Positions 47,759-57,496 of a stretch of 61,628 nt of DNA are shown here, one piece after another. Source of the stretch: Candidatus Micrarchaeota archaeon (GTDB taxonomy: Archaea; Micrarchaeota; Micrarchaeia; Micrarchaeales; CABMGC01); the NCBI GenBank assembly GCA_021803425.1, contig JAJZLN010000030.1, positions 1 to 61,628 of the forward strand, read 5' to 3'. Position numbers and translations under genes: made by a program. The notes beneath the pieces are model-generated. The model was not told where the DNA came from and ran no database searches. It saw only the letters and a program-made list of their open reading frames with translations. Positions within the stretch are counted from its first letter, which is position 1. The number at the start of each line of letters is the position of its first letter.

Positions 47759-48721
47759 ATGAAGAAGCATGTCATTGAGTTGGAAAGCAGCAGCGGACAA
47801 AAGAAGACGGTGTCTATAGAACCGAGCCAGAAAGAGATAGAACTCCTAAAAAAACTTGTTGACATTTACAGAGAAAGGGTGGGCAACTTAGACCATAGCT
47901 CCACAGATCTTAATAAAGTGAATGAGATTGTGGCAGTAAGGGAGCACCTTACGGAAACATTGATATCGATTGATGAGGAGATTGAGGCCAATAAGCTAAG
48001 GAAAGAAACAATAAAATTACTTCTTGATAAGTCTGAGTCGTTTGAAGGATCGTTGCGTGATACTGCAACTGCGAATAAAAAACCTGACGCTAATTCTGAG
48101 GAGATGCAACAATTGAGGCAAGAATTAAACAATGAAGTGTTACAATTTTCATTGGGATTCAAGCTCGTTGCAGCGCGGATAATGCTGCTGATGAAAAACT
48201 ATACAGGAGCAATGGATATGGTGCAGAACACCATAGATCTCTACCATAAAAACAGGATATGCGGAGAAAAAAACTCAGGAGAGACATTGCTGGAAAGGAC
48301 GCTTTTTGCTGCAAAAGATATTGTTATGCAATCAATTAATGACGGAGCTGCAGATGATGCAAACAAACTGGCGCAGATTTCCATTGAAAATGCACTTGAA
48401 GCAGCTAAAAAGATTGAAGAGTCAGTGCAAGCGAAAGTATTTACAGATGAAAAGATCAACATTGCTTTCGGATTGCGCAAGATTGCTGTGGCTTTTGCAA
48501 GCATTAAAAAAGACTACAAGATAGCTGAGGATATAATAGATTCAGCAGTGTCTCTTTACGAGGAAAAAGGATACAACAAGACCCTGGTTGCCGAACTGCT
48601 TGAGCTGGGCGTTATGGTAGCTTCCACGAAATCCAGAGAGGACTCCTTGAAAAAATTGCTGCGGGACAGTGGAATCGCCGCAGAAAGCAGTCATAAAAGA
48701 GACCATATAGGTTATTTATAA
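47759..48721 (+). CDS. Hypothetical alpha-helical / coiled-coil protein
   Basis: 320-aa ORF; no recognised motif. Confidence 0.6.
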   Translation: MKKHVIELESSSGQKKTVSIEPSQKEIELLKKLVDIYRERVGNLDHSSTDLNKVNEIVAVREHLTETLISIDEEIEANKLRKETIKLLLDKSESFEGSLRDTATANKKPDANSEEMQQLRQELNNEVLQFSLGFKLVAARIMLLMKNYTGAMDMVQNTIDLYHKNRICGEKNSGETLLERTLFAAKDIVMQSINDGAADDANKLAQISIENALEAAKKIEESVQAKVFTDEKINIAFGLRKIAVAFASIKKDYKIAEDIIDSAVSLYEEKGYNKTLVAELLELGVMVASTKSREDSLKKLLRDSGIAAESSHKRDHIGYL

Positions 48722-48785
48722 AATCCAATCAACATTTACAGGCAGTATATTATATTTTGCTGAATTAGTAAATTGTCTGGATTAA

Positions 48786-49322
48786 ATGATACTTTCAGAT
48801 TTTGATCTTGAAAGCCTCCTGAACGAAGGGAGGTTGGGAATAAAGCCATTCGGCAAGGATATAATAAGGGAGAACGGTCTTGACTTGCGGCTCTCGGATC
48901 AAGTTGCAAGGCACAACGAGAAACTAGGCGCGGATTTCATAGTAGACCCTTCCAATATGAAGTCGCTTCACGATGAGTATGTCATTGAAAAAGGACAGAA
49001 GAATATAATTGTAAAACCTCTTACTCAGGTACTACTTTCTACAATTGAGAGCGTTGCACTGCCAGACAATCTCATTGGATTCGTTGAGTTGCGCAGTACA
49101 TGGGCAAGGCACGGTCTGATCATGCCGCCAACAATAATAGATGCAGGTTTTGCGGGAACCGTTACGCTCGAGGTGTTTAACGGCAGCAGGTTTCCAATTT
49201 TATTGAGGCATAAGGTAAGGTTTGCGCACGTGATATTTGCTACTACTCTTAATAAGGTCAGAAAACCGTATAATGGCACTTATCTTAACCAGAAGGGCAT
49301 CTTCCTTCCAAAGAAGCTTTGA
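48786..49322 (+). CDS. dcd: dCTP deaminase
   Basis: MILSD, GLDLRL, RSTWARHG, IDAGFAGTVTLE, YLNQKG. Confidence 0.92.
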   Translation: MILSDFDLESLLNEGRLGIKPFGKDIIRENGLDLRLSDQVARHNEKLGADFIVDPSNMKSLHDEYVIEKGQKNIIVKPLTQVLLSTIESVALPDNLIGFVELRSTWARHGLIMPPTIIDAGFAGTVTLEVFNGSRFPILLRHKVRFAHVIFATTLNKVRKPYNGTYLNQKGIFLPKKL

Positions 49323-49601
49323 TTACCTTGTAAGGTCGTCCACTTCTTCCTTCTTTGCGTCTTGGAGCGACACTGACGGAGTAGATACAAGAACAACATC
49401 GCTTACATTCTTCACGCTCTTGTACAGTATAGACTTGTTCTTCAGGACTACCTTTGCATCTCCCTTTGCATTCTTCCAGGGAACCATGAGTAGCCTGCTT
49501 ACTTCTCCGCGTTCCAGGTCTATTATAACATCCTGGACTTCTCCAAGATATTGACCAGCATCGCTGTATATATCCATGCGGTATATTTCCGAGAGTTTCA
49601 T
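49323..49601 (-). CDS. PRC-barrel domain protein
   Basis: IYSDAGQYLGEVQDVIID, VKNVSDVVLV. Confidence 0.85.
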   Translation of the reverse strand: MKLSEIYRMDIYSDAGQYLGEVQDVIIDLERGEVSRLLMVPWKNAKGDAKVVLKNKSILYKSVKNVSDVVLVSTPSVSLQDAKKEEVDDLTR

Positions 49602-49706
49602 AACATTCGCCTCGAAAATACTGCTCAATGAATGTTTATTAAGCTTTTTAGTGGTGCTGGGCACTCGATTATACTGCATTTTATATGTTGCTATCGAAAA
49701 TCAAAT

Positions 49707-50627
49707 ATGCAAAAAGGCAAAATAAAGGTCTTGGGTTCTGCAAGCATGACTGCGGTAGTGGAGATTGACAGGGTGCCCGGACCAGGGGAACAGGTTGTTG
49801 GAAGAAGAATGCTTATGACTCCGGGCGGCAAGGGCTCCAATCAGGCAATAGCGGCAAGCAGGCTTGGCGGGGACGTAGAACTTTACTGCAAAATGGGAAA
49901 CGATTACTTCCGGAATGAACTTGTAGGATTGCTCAAAAAAGAGGGAGTAAAACTTGTGGAGCTGCACAGGAGCATGATGCATACAGGAACCGGAATAATA
50001 ATGGTGGAGCCTACCGGAAGGAATACAATAATATCTGTACGGGGAAGCAACAATGACATAAAGGATTTAGACATAAAGAGAGTGCGCCTGCATAATGGCG
50101 ACATAGCCGTATCACAGTTGTCGGTGACCCATTCAGCAGTGATTGAATTCTTCAAAAAGGCAAAACAGGCAAGGTGTACCACTATATTGAACTGCGCACC
50201 TAGGGTGGAATGCAGCTCGGCCCTCCTTGATATGGCGGATTATCTCATTTTCAATGAGTTTGAGCTTATGCATTTTGGCGGAGTAACATTCATGAACCAT
50301 GAGACTGAAAAGATTCTGGATGCGGCAAACCAGCTTAGATCCAAGAATCAGGTCGTTATAGCTACGCTTGGTGCTGACGGACTTTTAGCCGTAGGTCCTT
50401 TCGGAAATATAAGACTGAAGGCACATAAGGTAAAAGCGGTTGACACGACTGGAGCTGGAGACTGTTTTGTGGGTGCCTTCGCTTTTGCCATGTCAAATGG
50501 GAAGGATATAAATTATGCGCTCAAATTTGCAAACGCGGCTGCTGCAATATCTGTAACAGAGCTTGGCGCAACGACTGCATTTCCGAATAGCGCCATGGTT
50601 AAATCACTGATGCAAACGCGTATCTGA
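49707..50627 (+). CDS. rbsK: Ribokinase (PfkB family)
   Basis: PGGKGSNQA, NEFE, DTTGAGDCF. Confidence 0.88.
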   Translation: MQKGKIKVLGSASMTAVVEIDRVPGPGEQVVGRRMLMTPGGKGSNQAIAASRLGGDVELYCKMGNDYFRNELVGLLKKEGVKLVELHRSMMHTGTGIIMVEPTGRNTIISVRGSNNDIKDLDIKRVRLHNGDIAVSQLSVTHSAVIEFFKKAKQARCTTILNCAPRVECSSALLDMADYLIFNEFELMHFGGVTFMNHETEKILDAANQLRSKNQVVIATLGADGLLAVGPFGNIRLKAHKVKAVDTTGAGDCFVGAFAFAMSNGKDINYALKFANAAAAISVTELGATTAFPNSAMVKSLMQTRI

Positions 50628-50713
50628 TTGCTTTGCAACATCCAGCCTCCAGGAAGTCCAAAGATTTCTCCGATCACCATCGGGTTTTTAAAGATAAACG
50701 ATGATATAATTCC

Positions 50714-50983
50714 GTGGATAAAATGGTAGTTTTGAAAAGTCTGGATTATGTGGCTACAGGAAAAGTGTTTGCAGTGTTGGGAGCTATAGGAGGAATATTA
50801 GACGGGATAATAGCTCTTGTTGTGGGAATCATTGCAGGCGGTCTTCTGGGAGCAGGTATAGGAGTATTGGGTCTGGTTTTCGGCATAATAGGTGGATTGA
50901 TAGGAGGATTCATAGGCGGACTGATACTCGCACTTCTTTACAACTTTATTGTAGTTAAAGTAGTGCAGCTTGAAGGAAACTAA
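50714..50983 (+). CDS. Small Gly-rich membrane protein (DUF3566-like)
   Basis: Two Gly-rich TM helices ending in LLYNF. Confidence 0.6.
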   Translation: MDKMVVLKSLDYVATGKVFAVLGAIGGILDGIIALVVGIIAGGLLGAGIGVLGLVFGIIGGLIGGFIGGLILALLYNFIVVKVVQLEGN

Positions 50984-50991
50984 AGTATTTT

Positions 50992-51013
50992 GCGCCGCAA
51001 TGCGGCGCTTTTT
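50992..51013. terminator. GC-rich hairpin plus T tract between convergent genes
   Basis: GCGCCGCA-A-TGCGGCGC-TTTTT. Confidence 0.55.
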
Positions 51014-51031
51014 ATTGCATTTTGGTCAGCT

Positions 51032-52183
51032 TCAGGGCTGGAACCAATCTATCTCGTAATAGTCATTGTCGCTTCCAGCCAGCTTTATTTGCCGTATCTT
51101 GTAATAAGTGACTGAGGTTTCACGGTCGGCTATCGCTATTATAGGTTCAAGCTTCATCTTCCTGGCCGAATTTACCGCAGCCGCAAACTCGCTGCCCCCT
51201 ATGTGCTCATCTTCGCTGAAGGAAAGCATTGCATATCTGGGCTTTGAATTTTCAGGGCTTTCGGCCTCCCCCCCTTTTCTATGGTAAAGCACATAATCTA
51301 TCTCAACATCGTGCCTTGAAGGCTTGCCAGGAACGGCGAGTATGAATGTTTTCCTTACCGAATGCGCAACGCGTATTGCCCTTGCCCACTCAGATATCAG
51401 CATCTTTGACTCTTTTGGGAATACATGTATTACGTGCTTTGAGTGCACCCATGAAGCATTGTTCCTCTTTGTTGGAGTCGCGCCTGGAAAGTACACCCTG
51501 AAATGGGTTCCGAACTTGAATCCGGTCTTTATTACATAATCTTTTTCCCTCCAGTCCTTGTATACCGAATAAAGCCTGCCGAAATCCCTTCTCCTGGATG
51601 TCGCAACTTTTATCAGGTCCTCCAATGTTATGTTGCCAAGATGAAGTATGCCGTCCGACACAAGGAATATCGTTTCGTAAATGTCAAGCTTGTTCAGCTG
51701 GCCCCTGTCCGGAGCCTTGTATGAACCGTATTGGCCAAACCAAAGATCCTCATAGATTTTCTTTCCTGCTTCCCTTTCGCTTACCACGGTTATGAGATCC
51801 GACTTGAAAAATGTTCCGTTCATTTTCAATTTTGGCAGTTTTATTGAAGATCTTGGATACTCCTTGGACGGTGCGCTTTCCTCACAGCGAAACTTGAACG
51901 GCCTTTTAATCATTAAGCCCCTATCCCTCCAATCCTTGTATGTAAAGTACCTGGCAGTGAACTTCTTCGATTTCCAGAACCTTGATGCAATGCCGTTGAA
52001 AGAGATAGGCGCTCCCGCGGAAACGCATTCCGCATTCCTCACGTCCATCAGGTAAAGCACCTCCTCGGGATGAAGGACAAGCACATGCGCCGCAAGATTC
52101 CCGAAGCTCCCTTTGCGAAGTATGTCAATGCTTGACTGATCTTCAACAAAAAACTTGTTTTTAGAATACCTTATTTGTATCAT
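51032..52183 (-). CDS. endA: tRNA splicing endonuclease, three-unit (epsilon-like) form
   Basis: KTGFKFGTHFRVY (Tyr), HSKH (His) and VRK (Lys) in the middle unit; 383 aa with repeated units. Confidence 0.88.
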   Translation of the reverse strand: MIQIRYSKNKFFVEDQSSIDILRKGSFGNLAAHVLVLHPEEVLYLMDVRNAECVSAGAPISFNGIASRFWKSKKFTARYFTYKDWRDRGLMIKRPFKFRCEESAPSKEYPRSSIKLPKLKMNGTFFKSDLITVVSEREAGKKIYEDLWFGQYGSYKAPDRGQLNKLDIYETIFLVSDGILHLGNITLEDLIKVATSRRRDFGRLYSVYKDWREKDYVIKTGFKFGTHFRVYFPGATPTKRNNASWVHSKHVIHVFPKESKMLISEWARAIRVAHSVRKTFILAVPGKPSRHDVEIDYVLYHRKGGEAESPENSKPRYAMLSFSEDEHIGGSEFAAAVNSARKMKLEPIIAIADRETSVTYYKIRQIKLAGSDNDYYEIDWFQP

Positions 52184-52210
52184 TTTTTCAACTGTTTTGA
52201 CAAAAAGCCC

Positions 52211-53044
52211 TTACTTCAGTTTCTTCATTAATGAAAGATAATAAATAGGCGCTATGAGCATTGAAAATACGCCAATAAATATGCTCAATATCAAATTTAT
52301 TATTGTGCCGAGCAGCGGTATGATGCTGAATACCGCTATGATAAGGTCGACTGCGAGGATGACAAGAAAGCTTAACAGCAGTAGTATGAAGATATACATG
52401 CAGTTATTTTTGCCTATATTTATGCTTTCCCTTAATGCATCAATTGGTCCTTTTTTGCCAAGCACCACCATAGGCGGAGCTACAAAGAAAAGGATTGAAA
52501 GAACGATTGCAACTGCAATGTATATTATACCGAACATGAAGGAATATGAAACAAATTCAAGGAGATGCGCCATTATATGCCCTGCACCGGACTGTATTGC
52601 TGAAATTAGGGACTGGGCAGGGCCGATTACGGGATAGAGTATTACAATGGCCGATAGCAGGTATGCAAAAGACACTATTATTTCCAAGATTAGCAGGTCC
52701 TTGAACCTTGCTGCTGAAGCAGACAATGCCTTGGTTATTGAAGGATTGCCATTGGCCACATATAAAGAAGCCATCGAGATATAAACTCCGTTTAGGTATA
52801 CATAAACCAGGAAGATAAAGGCCGCAGCAAGAATAAAGAGAGGTAACAGCGTTATTATTACGGAGAGAATGTGCATGGATACGGTTGATGAGGAGGCAGA
52901 TGTAGACAGATATATGATTACAGCTACTGCCACAAATATGCCTATAAACACTGAAGCTACTATGAGGCCAAGATAGGGTAGAAGGAATTTGGGATGCTCT
53001 TTTATTGCATTTATAGATCTGGAGATGATCGCTGCCTGGTTCAT
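52211..53044 (-). CDS. Multi-pass membrane protein
   Basis: About 6 TM helices; GPIDALRESINIGK motif typical of DUF975/DUF7847-like proteins. Confidence 0.65.
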   Translation of the reverse strand: MNQAAIISRSINAIKEHPKFLLPYLGLIVASVFIGIFVAVAVIIYLSTSASSSTVSMHILSVIITLLPLFILAAAFIFLVYVYLNGVYISMASLYVANGNPSITKALSASAARFKDLLILEIIVSFAYLLSAIVILYPVIGPAQSLISAIQSGAGHIMAHLLEFVSYSFMFGIIYIAVAIVLSILFFVAPPMVVLGKKGPIDALRESINIGKNNCMYIFILLLLSFLVILAVDLIIAVFSIIPLLGTIINLILSIFIGVFSMLIAPIYYLSLMKKLK

Positions 53045-53191
53045 GGTGACATATTTGCTGCCAAAATATTTAAAGGTGATACAGATATTTGCACATTTGT
53101 GCAACCGGGCGCCTGAGGAGTAAATTATGCATATTTCCATATTTTTGGTATTTAAGTTTGATTTAAAAGCTTATCCTGAGGATAATATAAC

Positions 53192-53884
53192 GTGATAAGG
53201 ATGGTCTGGGATACCTTGAAAAAAGGTTTGGATGCATTTATGCATCCGGTAAAGGGAACTGCGAAGAAGATGAAACTTGGAGACGCGTTGGGAATGTATT
53301 ATAGATTTTCTGTAATACCACTGATAATCTTCATAGTTTTGGGCTTCTTGGTTACAGCGTTAGTGGCTTCGGGACTGAGCTCCTTTGGAAATACAGGATT
53401 GGCAGGAATTGCGACCACGGCTCTTGTGGTTGGCGCAATAGTGCTGTTCTGGATAGTGTTGCCTATAGGAATGCTTATTGAGTCAATAATACTACACCTG
53501 GTAGGAAAGGTGATGAATGACTTCAAAGGAGACTTTGAAAACACCTTCACTGCAGTAGTATTCTCAATCTTCGGGACTGTTGCCGTGCTTTGGATGGTGT
53601 TTATACCTATTATAGGCGGCGCGATAGTGGCAGCTTTCGGGCTGGCAAGCGTTTATGTTGCAGTTGTTGCACTGGGAAACCAGCACAAGACAAGCAATAC
53701 GCTCGCACCATGGATAATAGCAACAATAATAGTGCTGCTCATAGCAGGCTTGCTATTCTCATGGATACTAGCATGGGTTTATACAGTGATAGGCCACTTG
53801 ATAGGCACCTCTGCAACATTGCCTTTGGGCAGCGGAGTATTACCAAGCGGAGCATACCCATCGGCAGGAGCAGTTCCAGTGTAA
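53192..53884 (+). CDS. Yip1-domain membrane protein (paralog 1)
   Basis: MHP..TAK, IILHLVGK...GDFENTF, GNQHK. Confidence 0.75.
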   Translation: MIRMVWDTLKKGLDAFMHPVKGTAKKMKLGDALGMYYRFSVIPLIIFIVLGFLVTALVASGLSSFGNTGLAGIATTALVVGAIVLFWIVLPIGMLIESIILHLVGKVMNDFKGDFENTFTAVVFSIFGTVAVLWMVFIPIIGGAIVAAFGLASVYVAVVALGNQHKTSNTLAPWIIATIIVLLIAGLLFSWILAWVYTVIGHLIGTSATLPLGSGVLPSGAYPSAGAVPV

Positions 53885-53899
53885 GCTAAACGTGATTTT

Positions 53900-53926
53900 G
53901 CAGCAGCTTTTTGCTGCTGCTTTTTT
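53900..53926 (+). terminator. Hairpin plus T tract downstream of the Yip1 gene
   Basis: GCAGCAGC-TTTTT-GCTGCTGC-TTTTTT. Confidence 0.55.
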
Positions 53927-54022
53927 ATATTTTAATGAAAAGCTAGTGCAAACGTTCCCTGAATCCTGAATGACAGAAGAATCCTAAAACATTATGATTG
54001 GGCAGTATAACGTTTTCCCACC

Positions 54023-54662
54023 GTGACATCCTCCAACGACTGAAGGTCGTTGGCTTCCAGCGGTGTTTTTAGATTGGTCATCGTGAAACACCACGTATAG
54101 TTCCTGATTCAGCGACATCTGCCTTCATGTGCGAAGGTCTTACATTGTCTCCAGAGGCGTGACTTCCCGAATGTCCTTCGGTAGCTCTTTTGAGTATGTT
54201 CTTTGATGCATTCAGGTCCCTGTCAATCTTCAGACTGCATCTTTCGCATTTGAATATTCTTTCCGAAAGGGGGATATCCTGCACATTTCCGCATCCACTG
54301 CACGTCTTTGACGTGTTTTGAGGATTAACTCCGACTGCCGCGCAACCGGCACTCTCAGCCTTGTATTGCAGCATTTGGATGAAATTTCCCCATGAGGATT
54401 CGCTGATGGACTTTGCAAGATGGCGGTTTTTCACCATGTTTGCGATCCCGAGTTCCTCGTATGCAATGGATGAGTATGAATGGACAAGATTGTGTGAGAG
54501 TTTGTGAAGATGGTCTTCCCTGATTCGTGAGATATGTCCTGAATTTATATGCCGTTTTCACGATGACCATAGTTATTACTTTGTTAATATTTATGCATCT
54601 TTTGTTATTGCATTCGCTTTCATCCCACGATTGAAATTCGTGGGTTTTACTGCTATGGTTTT
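54023..54662 (-). mobile_element. Internally deleted, non-autonomous IS200/IS605 (IS1341-like) element
   Basis: Minus strand: TTAT, then AAAA-CCCACGA..TCGTGGG left hairpin, tnpB remnant, GAAG-CCAACGA..TCGTTGG right hairpin, TCAC end. Confidence 0.85.
54078..54570 (-). pseudogene. tnpB: tnpB remnant (N-terminal MVIVKTAYKFR joined out of frame to the C-terminal part)
   Basis: HLHKLSHNLV...AYEELGIANM, SWGNF, NTSKTCSGCG, CERC, DRDLNASKNI; RuvC-I and most of the recognition lobe deleted. Confidence 0.88.
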
Positions 54663-54686
54663 ATAATCTTGTTTAGAAAATAATGA

Positions 54687-55331
54687 ATGGATATCATGTT
54701 GCTTGAAAATCTTAAGAAAGGATTTGATGCATGGCTTCACCCCGGCGCAGGAACTGCGCAAATCATGACTTTAAAAGACGCATTCAAGATGTATTACAGA
54801 TTTACTGTGATTCCAGCAGTCGCTGCAATAGTTATATCCTTCGCCGTAGTATTTACTTTTGGCCAGACTATAGTTTCAGCTGCAGGCGTGCCGGAAACTT
54901 TTGCAGGCTTTTGGGCTGCTGCAATAATTGCCATATATACTGCAGCAATTATATGGATATTTGAACCTCTATCGATTCTGGTTGAAGGAGGAGTATACCA
55001 CATGGTTGGAAAGCTGTTTGGTAAATTTACAGGAACCTACGCAAACACAGTAACTGCAGGAGTATACGCCACCTTCGGAGTCATCGGGCTGTTGTGGCTG
55101 TATGCCATACCTGTTGTTGGCACAGTGGCATTGATAGTCGCAGGCATATGGAGCATTTGGGTGCTGATTTCTGGGCTCTCCAACCAGCATAGAATATCGA
55201 AAGTGGATGCGTTTGTGGTTTGGATAGTTGGAACTGCTATATTCGGAATATTGGTGCTTGCGGTTGTTTTTGCGACAGCTTCAGTATCGTCTGTTGCAAT
55301 TAACACAGCCATCACGGCAAATGCAAGCTAA
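54687..55331 (+). CDS. Yip1-domain membrane protein (paralog 2)
   Basis: LKKGFDAWLHP...MYYRF.VIP, SNQHR. Confidence 0.75.
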   Translation: MDIMLLENLKKGFDAWLHPGAGTAQIMTLKDAFKMYYRFTVIPAVAAIVISFAVVFTFGQTIVSAAGVPETFAGFWAAAIIAIYTAAIIWIFEPLSILVEGGVYHMVGKLFGKFTGTYANTVTAGVYATFGVIGLLWLYAIPVVGTVALIVAGIWSIWVLISGLSNQHRISKVDAFVVWIVGTAIFGILVLAVVFATASVSSVAINTAITANAS

Positions 55332-55339
55332 GAAAAGGG

Positions 55340-56350
55340 ATGGTAATGGCCAGCGGACAATCACCACAAGTGCCTGAGGAACTCGCGTCAATGATGAAGA
55401 AACAGGGCTATCACTTTGTAGGAAAGCATTCAGCAACAAAGATATGCAACTACACTGCAAGCAGCCTTAAGAAAAATACGCGGGATCATACATGCTACAA
55501 ACATAGATTTTATGGGATAATGAGTTGGAGGTGCATACAGGCGACCCCTGCAATAGGATGCAACCTTGCATGCACGTTCTGTTGGAGGATAATACCTGAA
55601 GAGGAAGGATTCAGGTGGAATGAGATAAATGCAATTAAGGAATGGGATGAACCGGAAATGGTTGTAGAGGGGCTTATACGTGAGCATAAAAGGATAATAA
55701 GCGGGTATAAGGGAAATGAACACGTTGATATTGATAGATGGAATGAAGCACAGGATCCTGCACATGTCGCACTGAGCCTAACTGGAGAGCCGTTGTTCTA
55801 TACAAAGATAGGCGGACTGCTTAGAGAGTTCCACAAAAGGAAGATATCAACGTTCTTGGTGACCAATGGAACAATGGTAACTGCCTTGAAGAAGTTGGAT
55901 GTGATGCCGACACAGCTGTATGTCTCCATACAAGCACCCAACCAGGAAGTTTACGAAAATATGACAAGGCCGAAAACCGTTGGGGCTTGGGACAACTTCC
56001 AGAAATTCCTTGAAGTATTCGCGGAATTGGATACAAGGAGGGTGTTCAGGCTCACGCTCGTAAAGGGCAAAAGCATGCTTGATGCAAAAGGCTATGCAGA
56101 TCTGATAAGGAAAGGAAGACCGCATTACGTAGAAGTTAAAGGATTCGTGTTTGTAGGAGGCGCAAGGAACGAAGCGCGAGGGCTTTCATATGAAGACATG
56201 CCCGGCAGGGACGAAATAAAGGATTTTGCACGCGAGATAGCGAAAGAAAGCGGGTATCTGTTTACAGATTTCCACGAAAGCAGCAATGTTGCACTCTTGT
56301 GCTCGGATAATGAAACGGCAAGGAAAAGGATAATAAACTTTGAGAAATAG
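55340..56350 (+). CDS. taw1: 4-demethylwyosine synthase TYW1/Taw1 (radical SAM)
   Basis: HSATKIC, CYKHRFYGI, CNLACTFCWR, LSLTGEP, EVKG. Confidence 0.93.
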   Translation: MVMASGQSPQVPEELASMMKKQGYHFVGKHSATKICNYTASSLKKNTRDHTCYKHRFYGIMSWRCIQATPAIGCNLACTFCWRIIPEEEGFRWNEINAIKEWDEPEMVVEGLIREHKRIISGYKGNEHVDIDRWNEAQDPAHVALSLTGEPLFYTKIGGLLREFHKRKISTFLVTNGTMVTALKKLDVMPTQLYVSIQAPNQEVYENMTRPKTVGAWDNFQKFLEVFAELDTRRVFRLTLVKGKSMLDAKGYADLIRKGRPHYVEVKGFVFVGGARNEARGLSYEDMPGRDEIKDFAREIAKESGYLFTDFHESSNVALLCSDNETARKRIINFEK

Positions 56351-56358
56351 CATCAGTT

Positions 56359-57408
56359 ATGCAGACTGAAAAAGCGCATTATTCAAGAAGGATGGATAGT
56401 ATTAAAGTGAAGTCTGAATACCGCGAAAGCGTGTATGCAGCAAGGAAGGCAGTGACCGCCATACTTATAATCAGTTTCATTCTGTTTCTTGCAATAGCAG
56501 CTCTTGCTGTAGCTAAAGAAGGCTTAAACCAGTTCGTAGGCACTTTCAAGTCGATGAACTTGTGGTATTTCCTGCTTGCTTTTGCAATAATACTTTCCAG
56601 TCACGTGATCAGGTATCCCAAATGGTCCTTTTACCTGAAGAGGCTTGGAGTCCATATCCCTACATCAAAGAATTTTGTAATTTATATGTCAATGTATTCG
56701 ATGGATATAACTCCGGGAAGATGGGGCAGAGCGATAGTCTCATACACAATAAATAAGCTTACCAAAGTTAAATTTGCAGTCACATTTCCAGCAGTGGTCG
56801 CGGACATATTTACCGACTTCCTGGGGTTTGCAATTGTAGCCGATATCACGGCAATTATAGTAAATAAATTTATAATAGTCGCGTTTTTTCTGACTTTTCT
56901 GCTCATGATCCCTTTTCTCTTTGTATATGTGCAGAGGCCATTCAATTACATAAAAGGGAAGATAAACAAGATGAAGAAAAGATTTACATTTCTTAAGAAA
57001 CTTGACGTGATTTTTTATACGGCGACATTATACTTCAAACACAATAAAAAGCTTGGAAAACGTTCTTTTATATACTCGATAGCAATAACGGTGCCTTCGA
57101 TGGTGCTTAATGGAATGGCCCTGGTTGCAGTAATGGCAGCCTTCAGAATACCAATAACCGTATCGAATATACCTACAATAATATTCATATTTTCATCCTC
57201 GCTTGTCCTTGGGATGGTGACGGGGATACCTGGCACACTGGGGGTTACGGACGCCGCGCTGATAAGCCAGCTGCAGTTTTTCTTCCCAAATTTCATTACA
57301 TTTGGGATAGCCGCAGCCATAACTATCGTATTCAGGATAGTGAGCGTATGGTTTGTGCAGGCTTTTGGATTTGCTTCGCTGATTTATACGTTAAGATATT
57401 GGGATTGA
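56359..57408 (+). CDS. UPF0104 / lysylphosphatidylglycerol synthase TM-like (flippase-like) membrane protein
   Basis: ITPGRWG, PGTLGVTD, FRIVSVW. Confidence 0.8.
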   Translation: MQTEKAHYSRRMDSIKVKSEYRESVYAARKAVTAILIISFILFLAIAALAVAKEGLNQFVGTFKSMNLWYFLLAFAIILSSHVIRYPKWSFYLKRLGVHIPTSKNFVIYMSMYSMDITPGRWGRAIVSYTINKLTKVKFAVTFPAVVADIFTDFLGFAIVADITAIIVNKFIIVAFFLTFLLMIPFLFVYVQRPFNYIKGKINKMKKRFTFLKKLDVIFYTATLYFKHNKKLGKRSFIYSIAITVPSMVLNGMALVAVMAAFRIPITVSNIPTIIFIFSSSLVLGMVTGIPGTLGVTDAALISQLQFFFPNFITFGIAAAITIVFRIVSVWFVQAFGFASLIYTLRYWD

Positions 57409-57496
57409 GCGCAGGCATTTGCAGTAATAACATGTTTTCTTGAAACCTGCCAATGCCCGCCAGCTCACTTGGATGAATACTGCTATGGCGTGGATC

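Noticed and set aside
54355-54570. Programmed frameshift producing a functional short TnpB
   Set aside because: The RuvC-I Asp and recognition lobe are absent, and there is no slippery site; this is a deletion junction.
57411-57470. Imperfect long hairpin as a SECIS element
   Set aside because: No in-frame UGA selenoprotein candidate nearby; more likely a structure between convergent genes.
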